In this document: positions 24,259 to 36,200 of the stretch, in pieces
How the letters are laid out: each line of letters opens with the position of its first letter
Numbering within the stretch: the stretch's first letter is position 1
Assembly: GCA_001724265.1 (NCBI GenBank)
Contig: MEDY01000042.1
Coordinates: 1-64,000 of the forward strand
Length of the DNA: 64,000 nt
Reading direction: 5' to 3'
From: Rhizaria sp. SCN 62-66
Lineage: Eukaryota
Notes under the pieces: model-generated
The model's input: only the letters and a program-made list of their open reading frames with translations
Databases searched by the model: none
What the model was told of the DNA's origin: nothing
Program-made: the position numbers and the translations under genes

Positions 24259-27200
24259 ATGAGCACAATCGGAGGCAATTCAAGCGCGGTAACACCTGTA
24301 CAGACAGTCGCTAAGCTCCAGGTGCCACATGCAGCACCCATCCCACCTGTGGATGAGCAACGGCGCTTGATTGACGCGACGCTGACGACCGTGTCGTGGC
24401 CTCCCGCGCCGTACTCGCCGGTGCCCCTGCTTCCGCTCCGCTGGCTCGCGCGGCTCGGCGCCCACCTCGGCCTCCAGTGGCAGAGCGCGGACACGATCGG
24501 GATTGCGCTTGCGTTTCCGCCCACGCGCTCCGCGGCTTAGGTTAAGGCTGCGCAAGAGGCCGCTTGCGCACAGCTGACCGCCGTGAACAAAGCGCGCCGT
24601 GAGCTCAATCTCAAACCACTGACCCCTGTCTCCGTGCTGCCCGGCTCCGGCGCTGACGACTACGAGCCCGGTCCCGCGGACCCCGATGTGGACATGTTGT
24701 ATGAGGCTGCGTGGGGCGATGCGGGGCCTTCCGCGGCCGGCGCAGTCCTCTCGCCCGGTCCGATCGACTTCAACCATCTCTTTGCTGTCGCGGACCCCTC
24801 TGCGGCCGCGACTGATGGCGATCTGCTCGCACCGCACGTGCTATCGGGCTCGTTCCGCTTTTCTGCTGCCAGTGGTGTTACTGCACATGCCGATACTACT
24901 GCTCAGACTGCCGTTGGCTCTAACTCGCCAGGCGCGGCTTATGAGAGCAGCGAGGGTTTTGACGGCGAGAGTGTGAACGGCTCCACAAGCTCGCCCAGCG
25001 TCGCCAGTGTTGAGGGCGGACACCGCACCAGCAACAAAAGCATCAAGAACAGCAAGGAGACTGATTTCCCAAATCGCCGCACTGCTCACTCGCGCTCAGT
25101 GTCCGACGCACAGCCAGTAACCTCACGGCAACAACGCGGCGGCGCGTGCTTGAACACAGAGAGTGATCAGTAGACACACCAGTCGCATCAGCTTGCGACA
25201 CTCACGCTGGCTGCGCCCGCGTTCATTGCAATTGCGCCGCAAGATTCAGTTGTATCTCAGGAACATTTGTTGCCCGATGCAACGGTACGTTCGACACAAC
25301 GTGCTTCATTCGATTTTTCGTATATTCGACTCTTTCATATCGTTATTTCGGGGACTTGTCACACCATCTCATTTTGCTCATTTCTTTTCTACATGTACAA
25401 TTTCTATAGAAGTTCCCACTGTGCTGGCGCAAGCACCTGCCCGTGCCGCGCGGCCGCACTGCGCTGCTATACGGCTGCGTGGGTGTGCCAGCGCCGCTGT
25501 TCCACTTGCTCAGCGGCTGGTACGGACTCGCCTCGTGCCCCGCGCTTGCCTCCTCAGTGCCACTTGCCACGACGCGCATCGGCGGCGCACTCGCGCGCAC
25601 GATCACGCTCGACCACACAGCATTCGTGCCACTTGCAGTGCCCGCAGCACCCACTGGGGGACCCACGCCATTCTTGCTCACGCGCGTGGCGCCAGCGAAG
25701 TCAGCTTCGGATAAATCGACCAGTCACAACGGATTGCCTGGGAGCTTTCGCGAGGAAGACGAAGATCACCACGGGGGCGATGACTCTGACGTACACAAAC
25801 GCCGTCGTACCGAGAGTCACAGCGATGTATTGGACGCGGCGTATGGCGGTACTAACTACAACCATGGCTTTCGTCACAACGATGCGCGCTTGCCACGGCA
25901 GCAACCCGTTCCGTCTACAGCGCCGCTGGTGCTGCCGCGTCTGGGTCCCGCCGCGCTGGTCGCGCTCACGGTCACCAGCCGCCCACAGCCCGAGATGACT
26001 GCGGCGGGCCCTGAGTCTGTCCCTGTTAACAGAGACGTTAACGACGTGTACACTGCGGCCGCCGCGACGCCGATGCCGCTGGAGGCCTTCTTGCGTGGGG
26101 CCGCGCAGGCCGTGCGCTTTGTTGTGCCCGCCGCTGCGTTGCATACGCGGCCCGCCGTGTCCGCGACGCGCGCTGCCGTCAAGCAGGCCGCCAAGGCCGC
26201 CGCGCCCCCCGTGGCGTGCTGGCCGTACCGACGCGTCGAGAGCGACAATGACGAGGAAACTGACAGCGGTGACAGCAACGATCCAGACTTCGATCTCTCG
26301 AAGGAGCTTTCCGCGGATGCTGCACAAGCGGCGGCCGCGGCGGTGCTGACCGACATTCCAGTGCTCACGCCGCGCGCGCTCGCCAGTCTGTTCCGCGCGC
26401 ACTCCGCGCTGCTATCTGCTCTTGCCGCCGCGTGTGACCCCGACGAGGAGGGCCGGAGCAGGGCCAGCGACGCTACAGTCACTGCGAACACGGCTCCGCG
26501 CGTGCTCGCCGCACTGGCCGCTTCCGACGATGCTGCCCAGGACGTCAAACATCCCTGGATTGAATCCGTGATTGCGTACGCACGCGTTCTTGCCTCGGCG
26601 GGCGGCGCGGTGTCGCCCGCAGTCACCGCCGCTGCGGCCGCCACGACGCTTACCCGCGCCCGACGCAGCGCTGAGACGGACAAGACGGCCGCCGCTGTGG
26701 CCGCTGCGCTTGACGAAGCCGCGCACCCAGTCAAGGCGATTACCGTCTGCTGGTGCAGTGCTGTGCGCGGCGCCAATGCTGAGCGCACGCTGCCCGCGCT
26801 ATTGCGAGCACTGCCGCGGTCCTCTGAGGCATCCGCAGCGACGGATACAGTGCTCACACTTGGCAATAACAGGTTTGCGGTGCGCGTTCCGGTGACAGAG
26901 GGCGCGAACACAGGCACGCCCTTGGTGCCAGCGCTGCTGAACGCGACGCTGCGCGCCATTGGCACTGTGTCGGTCGCAATAGACGACGACACGCTCGTTA
27001 GCGATCGTGGCCAACTCACGCTTGTCGTGTCCACAGAGCAGGTCACCAGTTAGCCCTCGCGACTTTCAGCTTGTGATTTGTCTGCACTTTCGTGGCTGCG
27101 CGCACCTACTGTGGCCCCAGGCGCGAACACACATGCAACCTCGGACATCGTTGTTGAGGGCTCGAGCAATGTACACTTAACCTTGGATCGCGCTGTGGCC

Positions 27201-30200
27201 GAGCTTGCTCGCCGGCGCCGGTGTCTGCATCCGCTGCTGCAGGCGAACTTCTCACGACCATCATATCAGGAAGTTTAGTCGCAGGTGGCAAAGCTGCGCG
27301 GCGTGCGCGGGCTACGCAATATCGGCAACACGTGCTATATGAACTCCATTCTGCAAGGTCTTCTCAACTCCCCAGCACTCACCGCGGCGCTTGCACGACC
27401 CGGAGTCGCTGGCGCGTTCAATTACGTCAGTGCCATGGGCGCCAAGGGTGAGCTTGCAGTTGCGTGGAGCAAGCTTGCCACACGCATTTGGCGGGCACCC
27501 AAAGCCGACACTTCGCGCGACTCTCAGGCTGTCACGTCGAGTCCGCAGCTGGTTGATATTGCGCTGAGGTGGAATGACCTGATTGTGACTGGACGGAATG
27601 AAATCACAGCAGCTAAACGCATTGATAAGAATGACCGTGCTCGTGCTGAGCGGGCACATAACTTCCTGGAGCAACAAAAGGAGCAGCAGCAAGAGGGCGG
27701 CGCCGCTGCTGGAGCTGTTGCAGTGGCAGCATCGGACGTGGTTCAGCTATTGCTGCAGCCCCCTGTACCGAAGACCCACGAGCCCATCACGGCAGTGGCA
27801 CCCCTGGACGTTAAGACACAATTGGGTGACATTGCTGAACAATTTAAGGGCAGTCGTCAGCACGACTCGTCAGAGCTTCTGACGGTGCTGCTGGACGGGC
27901 TTCAGGAAGACACGAACGCCGTTGTGTCGAAGCCCTATACGTCAAGTAACGACGCTTTGCAGAAGGACGGACTCAAAGTGTTTGCACTGGCCGAGTGGCG
28001 TCGGCACCTGATGCGCATTAACTCCCCGCTTGTGCGCACTTTTTACGGCCAGACATGCTCAATGCTGCGCTGCCTTGTCTGCGGCTCCGAGTCACGGACA
28101 GTTGAACCTTTCTCGTCGCTCGTCGTCCCACTCCCATCGCCACGCGTGCGCCTTGTGCTCACAGTCGTGCGCACGCGCGACCTTCCCGCACACGGCGCTG
28201 CGGCGGCCTCGACAGCGTCTGCCGCGTGGTCGCGCCGGGTCAGTGAGCTGGTGCTGTTCGTGCCTTCGCAGCTCACCGTCGCTCACATCCGCGCTGCGAT
28301 TGCCGCCCGCAACAAGTCGCAAACCTCGGCGCCAACTGAGAGCGCCGAGTGGTTTACGCCCGCACTTGACATGAAGCGCTCCGTGTTTGGCTACACGCGC
28401 GTGCACAAGCGCCACAGTTACGGAGGCATGCACAGCGCGGGCCACTTTTCTTCACGGTCACCAGTCTATTCCTATTCCGGCGGCGCGCGCAGTCGCAATG
28501 GCAGTAGTTTTGACGATGACGACGAGGATGGGAGTCATAAGAAGGACGACAATGGCCCGTTGGCTAGCTATCCTTCCTCAAGCGCCCCCGTCAAGAGCAT
28601 ATCATCTGCCATCGGCGCTGGTGCTGGTGCCGGCATGCGTCGTGAGGTCGCGCTGGTTGGCGACGATGACACGCTGGATGCCGTGATCACAGGCTTAGGC
28701 GCTGGCGATGATGACAATGATATAGACGACGATGACACCGGCAGTACCATTGGGTGTGGCAGGACACAACGCACATGTCGCCTGACTTTGTGGGAGCTGG
28801 AACGCTCCCCACTTGTCGACGTCCTCTTCACGCCCTCCGCTACAGGTTCGCGCTCTATCGTGTTGCTGCCTCTCGATATCGCACTTCCTTCTATCATCCC
28901 GAGTGGCGGTGACTCCGGCGCGTACGCTAAGAGCGCTCACACCGTTGCCGATCTGGACGGTCACCGCTGGGCCGCGCGTGCTGTGCCGCCGCTGCTGGTC
29001 CCGCTGCCGACTGAGATCACGCCAGCTGAGCTTATTGGTGCAATGCAACCATTTGCGCTCAAGTCGCTTAACGCTGCGGACGCAACTGCTGCCGCAGCCG
29101 CCGCAGCTGCTGCGGCGCAACGCAAGCTTACTGTTGCCGACGCAGTGCCATCTTTCGATGCAGCTGCAGACTCTGCGGCGACGATGAACGCGCAGACAGC
29201 TTTGCTGGCAGAGCGCTTGCGCGTTGAAAAGGCGAAAAAGGAGGCGGCTGCCGCGCGTGAGGCGAAGGCCCTTAAGCGCGAGCGCAAGGCGCGCGCCGCG
29301 GTCGATGAAATCAAGACTGCTGCTGCGAAGGAGGACCAAGATGCAGCCGCGTTCGTGAGCGGCGTTATCTCAGTCGCCGACCGCCACTGCCTGGCCGGCC
29401 TACCTGAGCCTGTGATTGCGTTTGCCGCCGCACACGCGTTGCGCAACTTCTGCGTTTCACTCACTTCTGCTGTTCCCACGCCCGATGAGCCGGCTTTGCC
29501 ACCCTGGCTGGCGCCGGCGCTTGCTGCCGTGGCTCTGTCGCTGCCTGCTGGCGCATTGACCATGGGTGCCCCATCCAACACCACCGAAGATTGGGCCAAG
29601 GCGTCGAGTTGGGCCAAGGTGTCGAGTTGGCAGCACGCGACAACCGACATCCTCGAGCGTCTTTGCCGGCGGGACGGCAGCGGCTACGGCTGCGCGCTGC
29701 CTGTTCCCGCTGCAGCGATTAACACCACGATCACTGCAAGTGGTGACGCCGAGCATGATTCCGCTCCGCGTGTGCCGCAGGTGCAGGCGCCATACAGCGG
29801 CGTGCCGCTGGTGCGTTGCGTTGGCGACAGCGTGCGCGCGCGACTGGCACTGCCCGCGGCGACGCCTGAGGGCGTGCGTGCCGCGCCTGTCGTGTTGCTT
29901 GGTCCCACGCTGCACACCACGCTTAGGACTATCAGCTGGCCCGCCATTGACTCCGCCTCGGCCTCTGCTTCCGCGTCTCCGAAGCGAGATGTGCTTTCAA
30001 TGGTGGAGTTGTGCCGGGAAAAGCTCAAGCTTGAGCGCGATAAGGAGCTCGATCGGATCGAGCGCGAAGCTGAGACAGAGTATGACAAAAAAAAGCGAGA
30101 TGAGGACGAACAAGCAATCGCAACGCTTTCGGAGCTCAACAATGTGTCTGTGTCTGTGTCCGTGGCTCGTCCCAAGCTCAACAAGTCCGCGGTCGCGTTC

Positions 30201-32696
30201 ATGTTCGGCGGCGCCTCCAGGTACCAACCCTCCGCTTCTGTGTCGAACCCAAGCCCCGCTTGTTCTGGCGCAAGTGGGACGTGCTTCCCTGCGCCAGGGG
30301 CCCCGTCAGCTGGCGATTCGCCGGGACAGTCGTTTTCGAGTGGCAATGCGCCGCTGACGGTGCCCGAGCACAGCCTGGCGCTGCCAACAGGCGACATGTC
30401 ACTCGCAGTGGCCACGCGTGCCGCGAATCGGCTTCCGTGGGGGGCTGGGGATTTTGTCGCTTTGTCGGGTGCCGCTGCTACTGCTGCCGCGGCTGCGTCT
30501 ACTATGAACACAGTTGAGCATACGTCTCGTCCATCCGCGGATGAAAGCATCGACATGGGGCTGACAAGCAGTATGATCTTCCCAAATACCGACCGCGACG
30601 ACGATGACTCCAACGACAATGACAACTACTCCGATTGTTATGACTACGACCGCCACAACGAGAGCGATGAGAGGGACGATGATCACGTCGACAACGACGA
30701 GATCAATGTCAATGCTAACGCTATTTTGGCCGCTAAGAATGCGGCCCAGGCGTGGCGCGCACGGACAGCAGGCGAGATCGCCGCCGCGCTCTCCGCGCTG
30801 CTGCCCTCCGCCGCCGGCGCCGCTGCTGTCAGTGGCGTCGCCGACAGGGTCGAGGCGATCCTCGCACGCGCGCTCTCAGCAGCTCCGGGCACCGGCTTGA
30901 ACGCTGGCGCTGGCGCTGGCGCTGGCGCTGCTGGCTGCTGGGAGGATCCCGTTGCTGCACGCTTCGCTGCCTACACTGCGGCGAACACGGCTTCCCAGCC
31001 GTGCGATGCTGTTCCTACTGTTGCTTCTGACACTGTCTTTATTGGGTCTCAGCCTAGCGGGCTCACTGTGCCCACTGCGGCGAGTAGCGTTGCGGCGACT
31101 GAAGGCACACCAGTCGTCTCGCGTCAAACCTCCGTGGAGGTCAATCCGCAAGACGCGTTCCGATTGGCCGCCGACGCCGCGGTCGCCGCGAATGCGGAGT
31201 TCGAACAGCTGAGTGCGACAGCCGACTCTCTCGCCAAGACCGAGCAGGGTATGGCAGCGGTTGTCGCTGGGGCGGTTGCTGACTTAGCTGTAGTCGCACG
31301 CCGCCGCGCAGCAGCTGTTGCTGCGTTAGCCGCGGCAAAGCGCAAGTCAGACGATGCACAGCGAAAGAAAAAGGCTGCGGCTTCGGTGCTGGCGGGCCCT
31401 CTGGACCCCTCATGGCTTGTCGTCGGTGATACAGCCAGAACCGAAGCAAAGGCCGGCGCGGCGTTGTGTGGTGCATACGCTCTGGCGCGCGCCGCGCCGC
31501 TGATGTGTCCCACAGCGTTTTACGTAACTACTGGCGCCGCGGCCGCCGACTCCGACGCCGAAGCCGGTGGTGAGGCTGAGGGCCAGAGTGAAGGCCAGAA
31601 TCAAAGCAACAACGAACATACTGAGGGCGATGCAAGCTGCAACGGTGGTGACATTGCCGCTGTTCTTGAGCCGATGAGTTCTGACCAACTCAAGGATCTC
31701 GTGTCCAATAAGCGTGCATTCGCGGCGCTGCAGGGTCGGCCCATTCCCACTCAGTCTGCGCAGAACCCCCACAACGCCGGATTCGATCATGACGCTTACA
31801 GCGAGGCTCGTGAGGGCGTGAACCCCAGCCCCGCTGCTGAGGCGGCTGCTGCGATTGGCGCCAACGCGAGTGCGGAGGCTGCCGAGTGCACGTACGTGCT
31901 CCAGCGCGTCCACGCTCGTGTGGACAAGGCCTTGCCTGAAAACCACACTCTTGCACAGTGTCTCGCTGCCTTCGTGGCGCCCGAGCGGATGGTCGGCGAC
32001 AACCAGCCGCGCTGTCGCAAGTGCGCGGACTCGTGTCCGGCGATCAAGACGCTTACGGTCGTCCGCTTACCGCCCGTGCTGGCTGTCGTGCTGAAGCGCT
32101 TTGACCCCATCGACCGGACCAAGTGCAACACACCTGTGACGTATCCGCTGCAGCTCGACATGACGCCCTACTGCGACGCGTCGGCGGGCGCGGGGGTATC
32201 GTCTCCGCAAAACAGTCACGATGCTGACAACGACAACGCGATGTATGATCTCACAGGCGCGTCCCTGCACTCTGGTAGTGTGTCGGGCGGCCATTACACG
32301 GCCATCGGGCGCAATCCCCTGTCGGGGCAGTGGTTTGACTACAACGACAGCTCGGTGTGCGCACTCGACTGCGCGGACGAAGCCGCGCTGCAGCGACGAG
32401 ATGCGTACGTGCTGTTTTACCACCGCCGCGGAGCCTACCAGGCACTGCAGGCGCGCTGGGGGCTTGCACCCGCGGGCGTCAGGGTCGCCGACAGCGCAGA
32501 CGATGTCGCGAAGGTCTGGGGTGCAGACGAGGACGTCAACGGCGATGACGAGAGTGGTGAGAACGGCCTATTTGAAGATGCTGGGGCCAGCAATCCTGGT
32601 GATAATCCAGTTGAAGATATTGTTGAGTTTAATCTTGATGACCCAGTAGATGAGCCGAACGAGTTTAGCGAGACTGCGAGTAACGCCTTCCAGTGA
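24259..32696 (+). CDS. Ubiquitin-specific protease (peptidase C19), DUSP-containing USP4/11/15-like, ~2,770 aa, with four in-frame TAG codons
   Basis: Cys box GLRNIGNTCYMNS (Cys 27333-27335), RQHDSSELL, CLVC/CRKC zinc pairs, LPPVLAVVLKRF, His box GGHY (32292-32294), WFDYNDS, DAYVLFY. DUSP-like pieces PLLPLRWLARLG, SPGPIDFNHLF, VPAPLFHLLSGWYG. Exons 24259..25284 and 25410..32696 (intron GTACGT...TATAG, phase 0). Internal TAGs at 24538, 25171, 27051, 27276; terminal TGA. Confidence 0.8.
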
Positions 32697-33278
32697 CTTC
32701 TTGTGAGTCTGCATTTTGACCACTTTTTACAGATTAAAACATGTTTTATTTTGAAATACACTTGCTCTATCCATTGATATCGCTCTTGGCTCCTCGACCA
32801 GGGGTACATTCATCCAACTATCTCCGACACGCTTATTCACTCGCCAACAGCCACAGGGACCATAACATTGTTACATGGTCGCCTAATCAGGAATGACAGA
32901 TACACGAATTTAAAGAAATAAACAAACAATGTCAATATAACATACACCTTGAAAGCATAGCTGTTGACGATTGCTAGAACACGTAATTCCTTTACGAGGA
33001 TGAGCGTCGACCGACAAGCTGAGTGTGGAATATTTGAAGGAGGAGACATAGAACAAGGAGGTATACTTTGTCGACTTGCACCATTGATAAAAAACCAAGA
33101 TATTTGTCTGCAAATTTACGCGTTCTATTGTTTTCTTGAAAATTGTTTCTCATAGTGCCTATTCTGTCTTGATATCCACGATTGGCATTAGCGACCACAA
33201 CTCGAGAGCTTCCAACCCTCAAGGAGCATTTCGGAGTAGCCAGACGCAGCTCGTCATTGGCGTTCGATTCAAATATCA

Positions 33279-36200
33279 ATGGCCGACCGCAACCAGGCAA
33301 AGCCTACCTCGCCTTCCGCAGCGCCGGCGGTCGATGCGCCAACCACTGCGGCTCCCGCGGGTAGGCATATTCCCGTTCCATCGTATCTGCCAACAGCTCC
33401 GCAGTCCGGACGCGCGGCCCCCACGTCGCCTTCCTACGTTGGACCACGCTCGCTGCAGCACCCGGCGACTGTCTCACGCCCGGGGCCAGTGTCTGTGGCG
33501 TCGCTGCTTCCGTCCTCGATGCTTGGCCCCGCGCAGCCTCCCTACGGGCACGCACAGCCTTCGTCGTGGCAGCTCTCTACCGCCTCCATCCCCGTCTCTG
33601 TTTCCGCCGTGGCGTCTTCCGCGGCGCAGGCCACAACAGGGCCGTACCACCCGCCCTTATACACCGCGCAGACGGGCGCACATGGACCGAGTTTTGCCCC
33701 AACCACACCAAGCTACACTATGAACTTCGCGAATAGCAGCAGTACGCACACAGGCAGCAATGCGTACAACAATGTCAGCAGCAGCAGTGTCGCACAGCCC
33801 GCGACAGTTGCGACGTATACCGGCTACGGCCCAGCGTACACAGTGCCTTTGTACCACTCTGCAGCCGGCGCAGGCGCCGCGTATGTCTCAACTGCCGCCG
33901 CCGCAGCGTCGTCATCGTCATCGTCGTCTGCGATGTATGCCGCGGGCGCTGCTGCCAATGCGTCACACACAGTGCCGGGACCGGGCTCTCTGCAGCTATC
34001 AGTAAATGCGCCACCCGCGTTGCCCTATGCACCCGCGGGAGGTTCATTCTTTGGCGCATCGAACCCAAGCAGCAGCCACAACTCGAACTCTGTTGCCAAT
34101 GCTGGCAGCTCTAGCGGTGCGGTGGGCATGTCGTCGCATCCAACAGGACCGTCATTTTCATTTCATTCCTCTGCGCCTGCTGTCTCCGGTGGCGCTGCAT
34201 TGGGGAGTGCTAATCAAGGCTCGTTCAATGCGAACTCATCGTACACCGGCGCTGCGTACAATCACGCTGCAGCGTACGGTGGCACTGGCGCAGGATACAC
34301 TGGAGCGCACACGCCTGGATTCGCGAGCCAACCACAGTATCACTACCCATATCAATATCAACCGTCTCAGCAGCAACAGCAGCAGCAGTATCAACAATAC
34401 CAGCAGTATCAACAGTATCAACATCAGCATCAGATACAGCAAGGTGGAGTGCAACCATTATCATCCCCCTTCACATCTTCTGCATCGTTTGCACCCCAAT
34501 CTCCTTACGTTCCCACAGCGACTGGCCCCAGCAGTCCTGTATTTACATTCTCCGCGCAACCCGCAACCGCTTTCGTGCAGTCTTTTTCTCACACCGCACA
34601 ATCGCCGTCGCAGCCCTTTCTGTTCCCTGCGCCAGCCTTTCTCGCCAGTCTGCGGCGCGGCCCGCCCGCGGCGCTTGCGTTGCCTTCTGAGGCCGCCGTC
34701 GCGCAGTGCGGCCTCTTTGTCCGCGCATGTCGCGCGCACATGCGGTCGCTGGTGAGCGCGCGCGCGCTGGACCCTTATCCACGACTCCCGCTTCACTTGC
34801 GCACCGCCGCGCTTGCCAGTGGTCGTGTGACTGCTGCGCGTGACTCAGCGCAACACACGCTGCCTGCACACGCACATTGGCCGATGATCTCGGCGTCGGA
34901 CGCATGCACTGTGATGGAAACGAAAGACGCAGCTGGGAAGCGTCATGAGTCTAATACGGCGTCGGTGTTAGCGGATGATGCCCAGTTCACGCTGTCTGCT
35001 GCGATGTCGGAGCTATCATCGATGTTTTCCCGCGCAACAGCCTCACGCATGCAGACTGCCGTACTTCAGGCCACTGAGACTGCATTTGCCTCTGCTTCAT
35101 CTGCGGTTAACACGACGCTCAGTTCGAGTGCGCCGCAGTGGCCCGCGAAAGGCGCCGCGCCGCCACGGGCACTGACGACTGCGCTGTCGATTGTATGCAC
35201 GTTGATGGCTCTGTCTGAGTCTTTCACCGAGTCACAGTCCGAATGCATCGCGACCGTGCCCCGCGTCATGACGCAAAGAGCTTTACTGCACCAGAGCAGC
35301 GGCCACAGCAATGATGCCGAGAAACCACGCAACGATGCGGTGGCAACCGCAGCAATTTACGTTCATGCCTTCCGTGGACTGTCCGCACTTCCGCCGCGCG
35401 CATTGCCGCGACCGGCGCGTTTTCCTTCTCTTTCCGACCCCGACGTAGACGGAGACAACTCTGTGACTGAGCTCGAAGGCGACACCGAATCCGCGACGGA
35501 CACCGCTGGCGGCGACACCCGCAGGCTGCCGGCGCTGCCTGCTCCACGCACGACGGGTGTTGATGGCGACTGCACAGACAATGAGGCTGACTTCAGCTCG
35601 ATTGGCGGAGTGTCGGCTGCGCGCACTATTGGTGCAACGCGGCGCCAACGCAATAGACGCGACGAGGCTGACGATACTATGGGCAAGGAGGATGAATTAT
35701 TGAAGCATGAGGAACCGCTTGAGGCTGATGAGCCAAGTGTTTACACGCTGCCGCCGCCGCTGCCGCCCCGCGGCTACCATCCTGCCGCGCTCGCCGCCTC
35801 GCTGCTGGCCGACGCGCGCTCTTAGCTGCCCCAGCTCTCCGAGTCGCCCAGCGCGGTCCGCTTTGGCTGCTTTGCGCCGGCGGTGCGCGACTCGACGCTG
35901 CGGCTTGTGCGCGCGGACCCCGCGGTGCTGGCGCTGGGTTGCGACGGCGCGCTCCCACCCTCGTCGCTCGCAACGCTGCTCTCGCGCCGCGGCGGGCTCT
36001 CGCGCGCCGCGGTGGCTGAGCTCGTGCGCTCCGGCGCGCTGACGCTGCCAGAGCTTGAGGCGCTTGACGCGCGCCGTACCGCACGCCGCGATGAGCGCCG
36101 CGCCGCGCGCTACGAGCGCCACGCTGCTCGACGCGCTGCAAAAGCAGAACCCGCTGCGAGTGCTAGTGCGAGTGCGAGTGCTGACGAGAGCAAGGTCGAT

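Noticed and set aside
24538-35825. Pyrrolysine insertion as the explanation for in-frame UAG
   Set aside because: Pyrrolysine decoding is known only from prokaryotes, and no pyl genes or methylamine methyltransferases are present.
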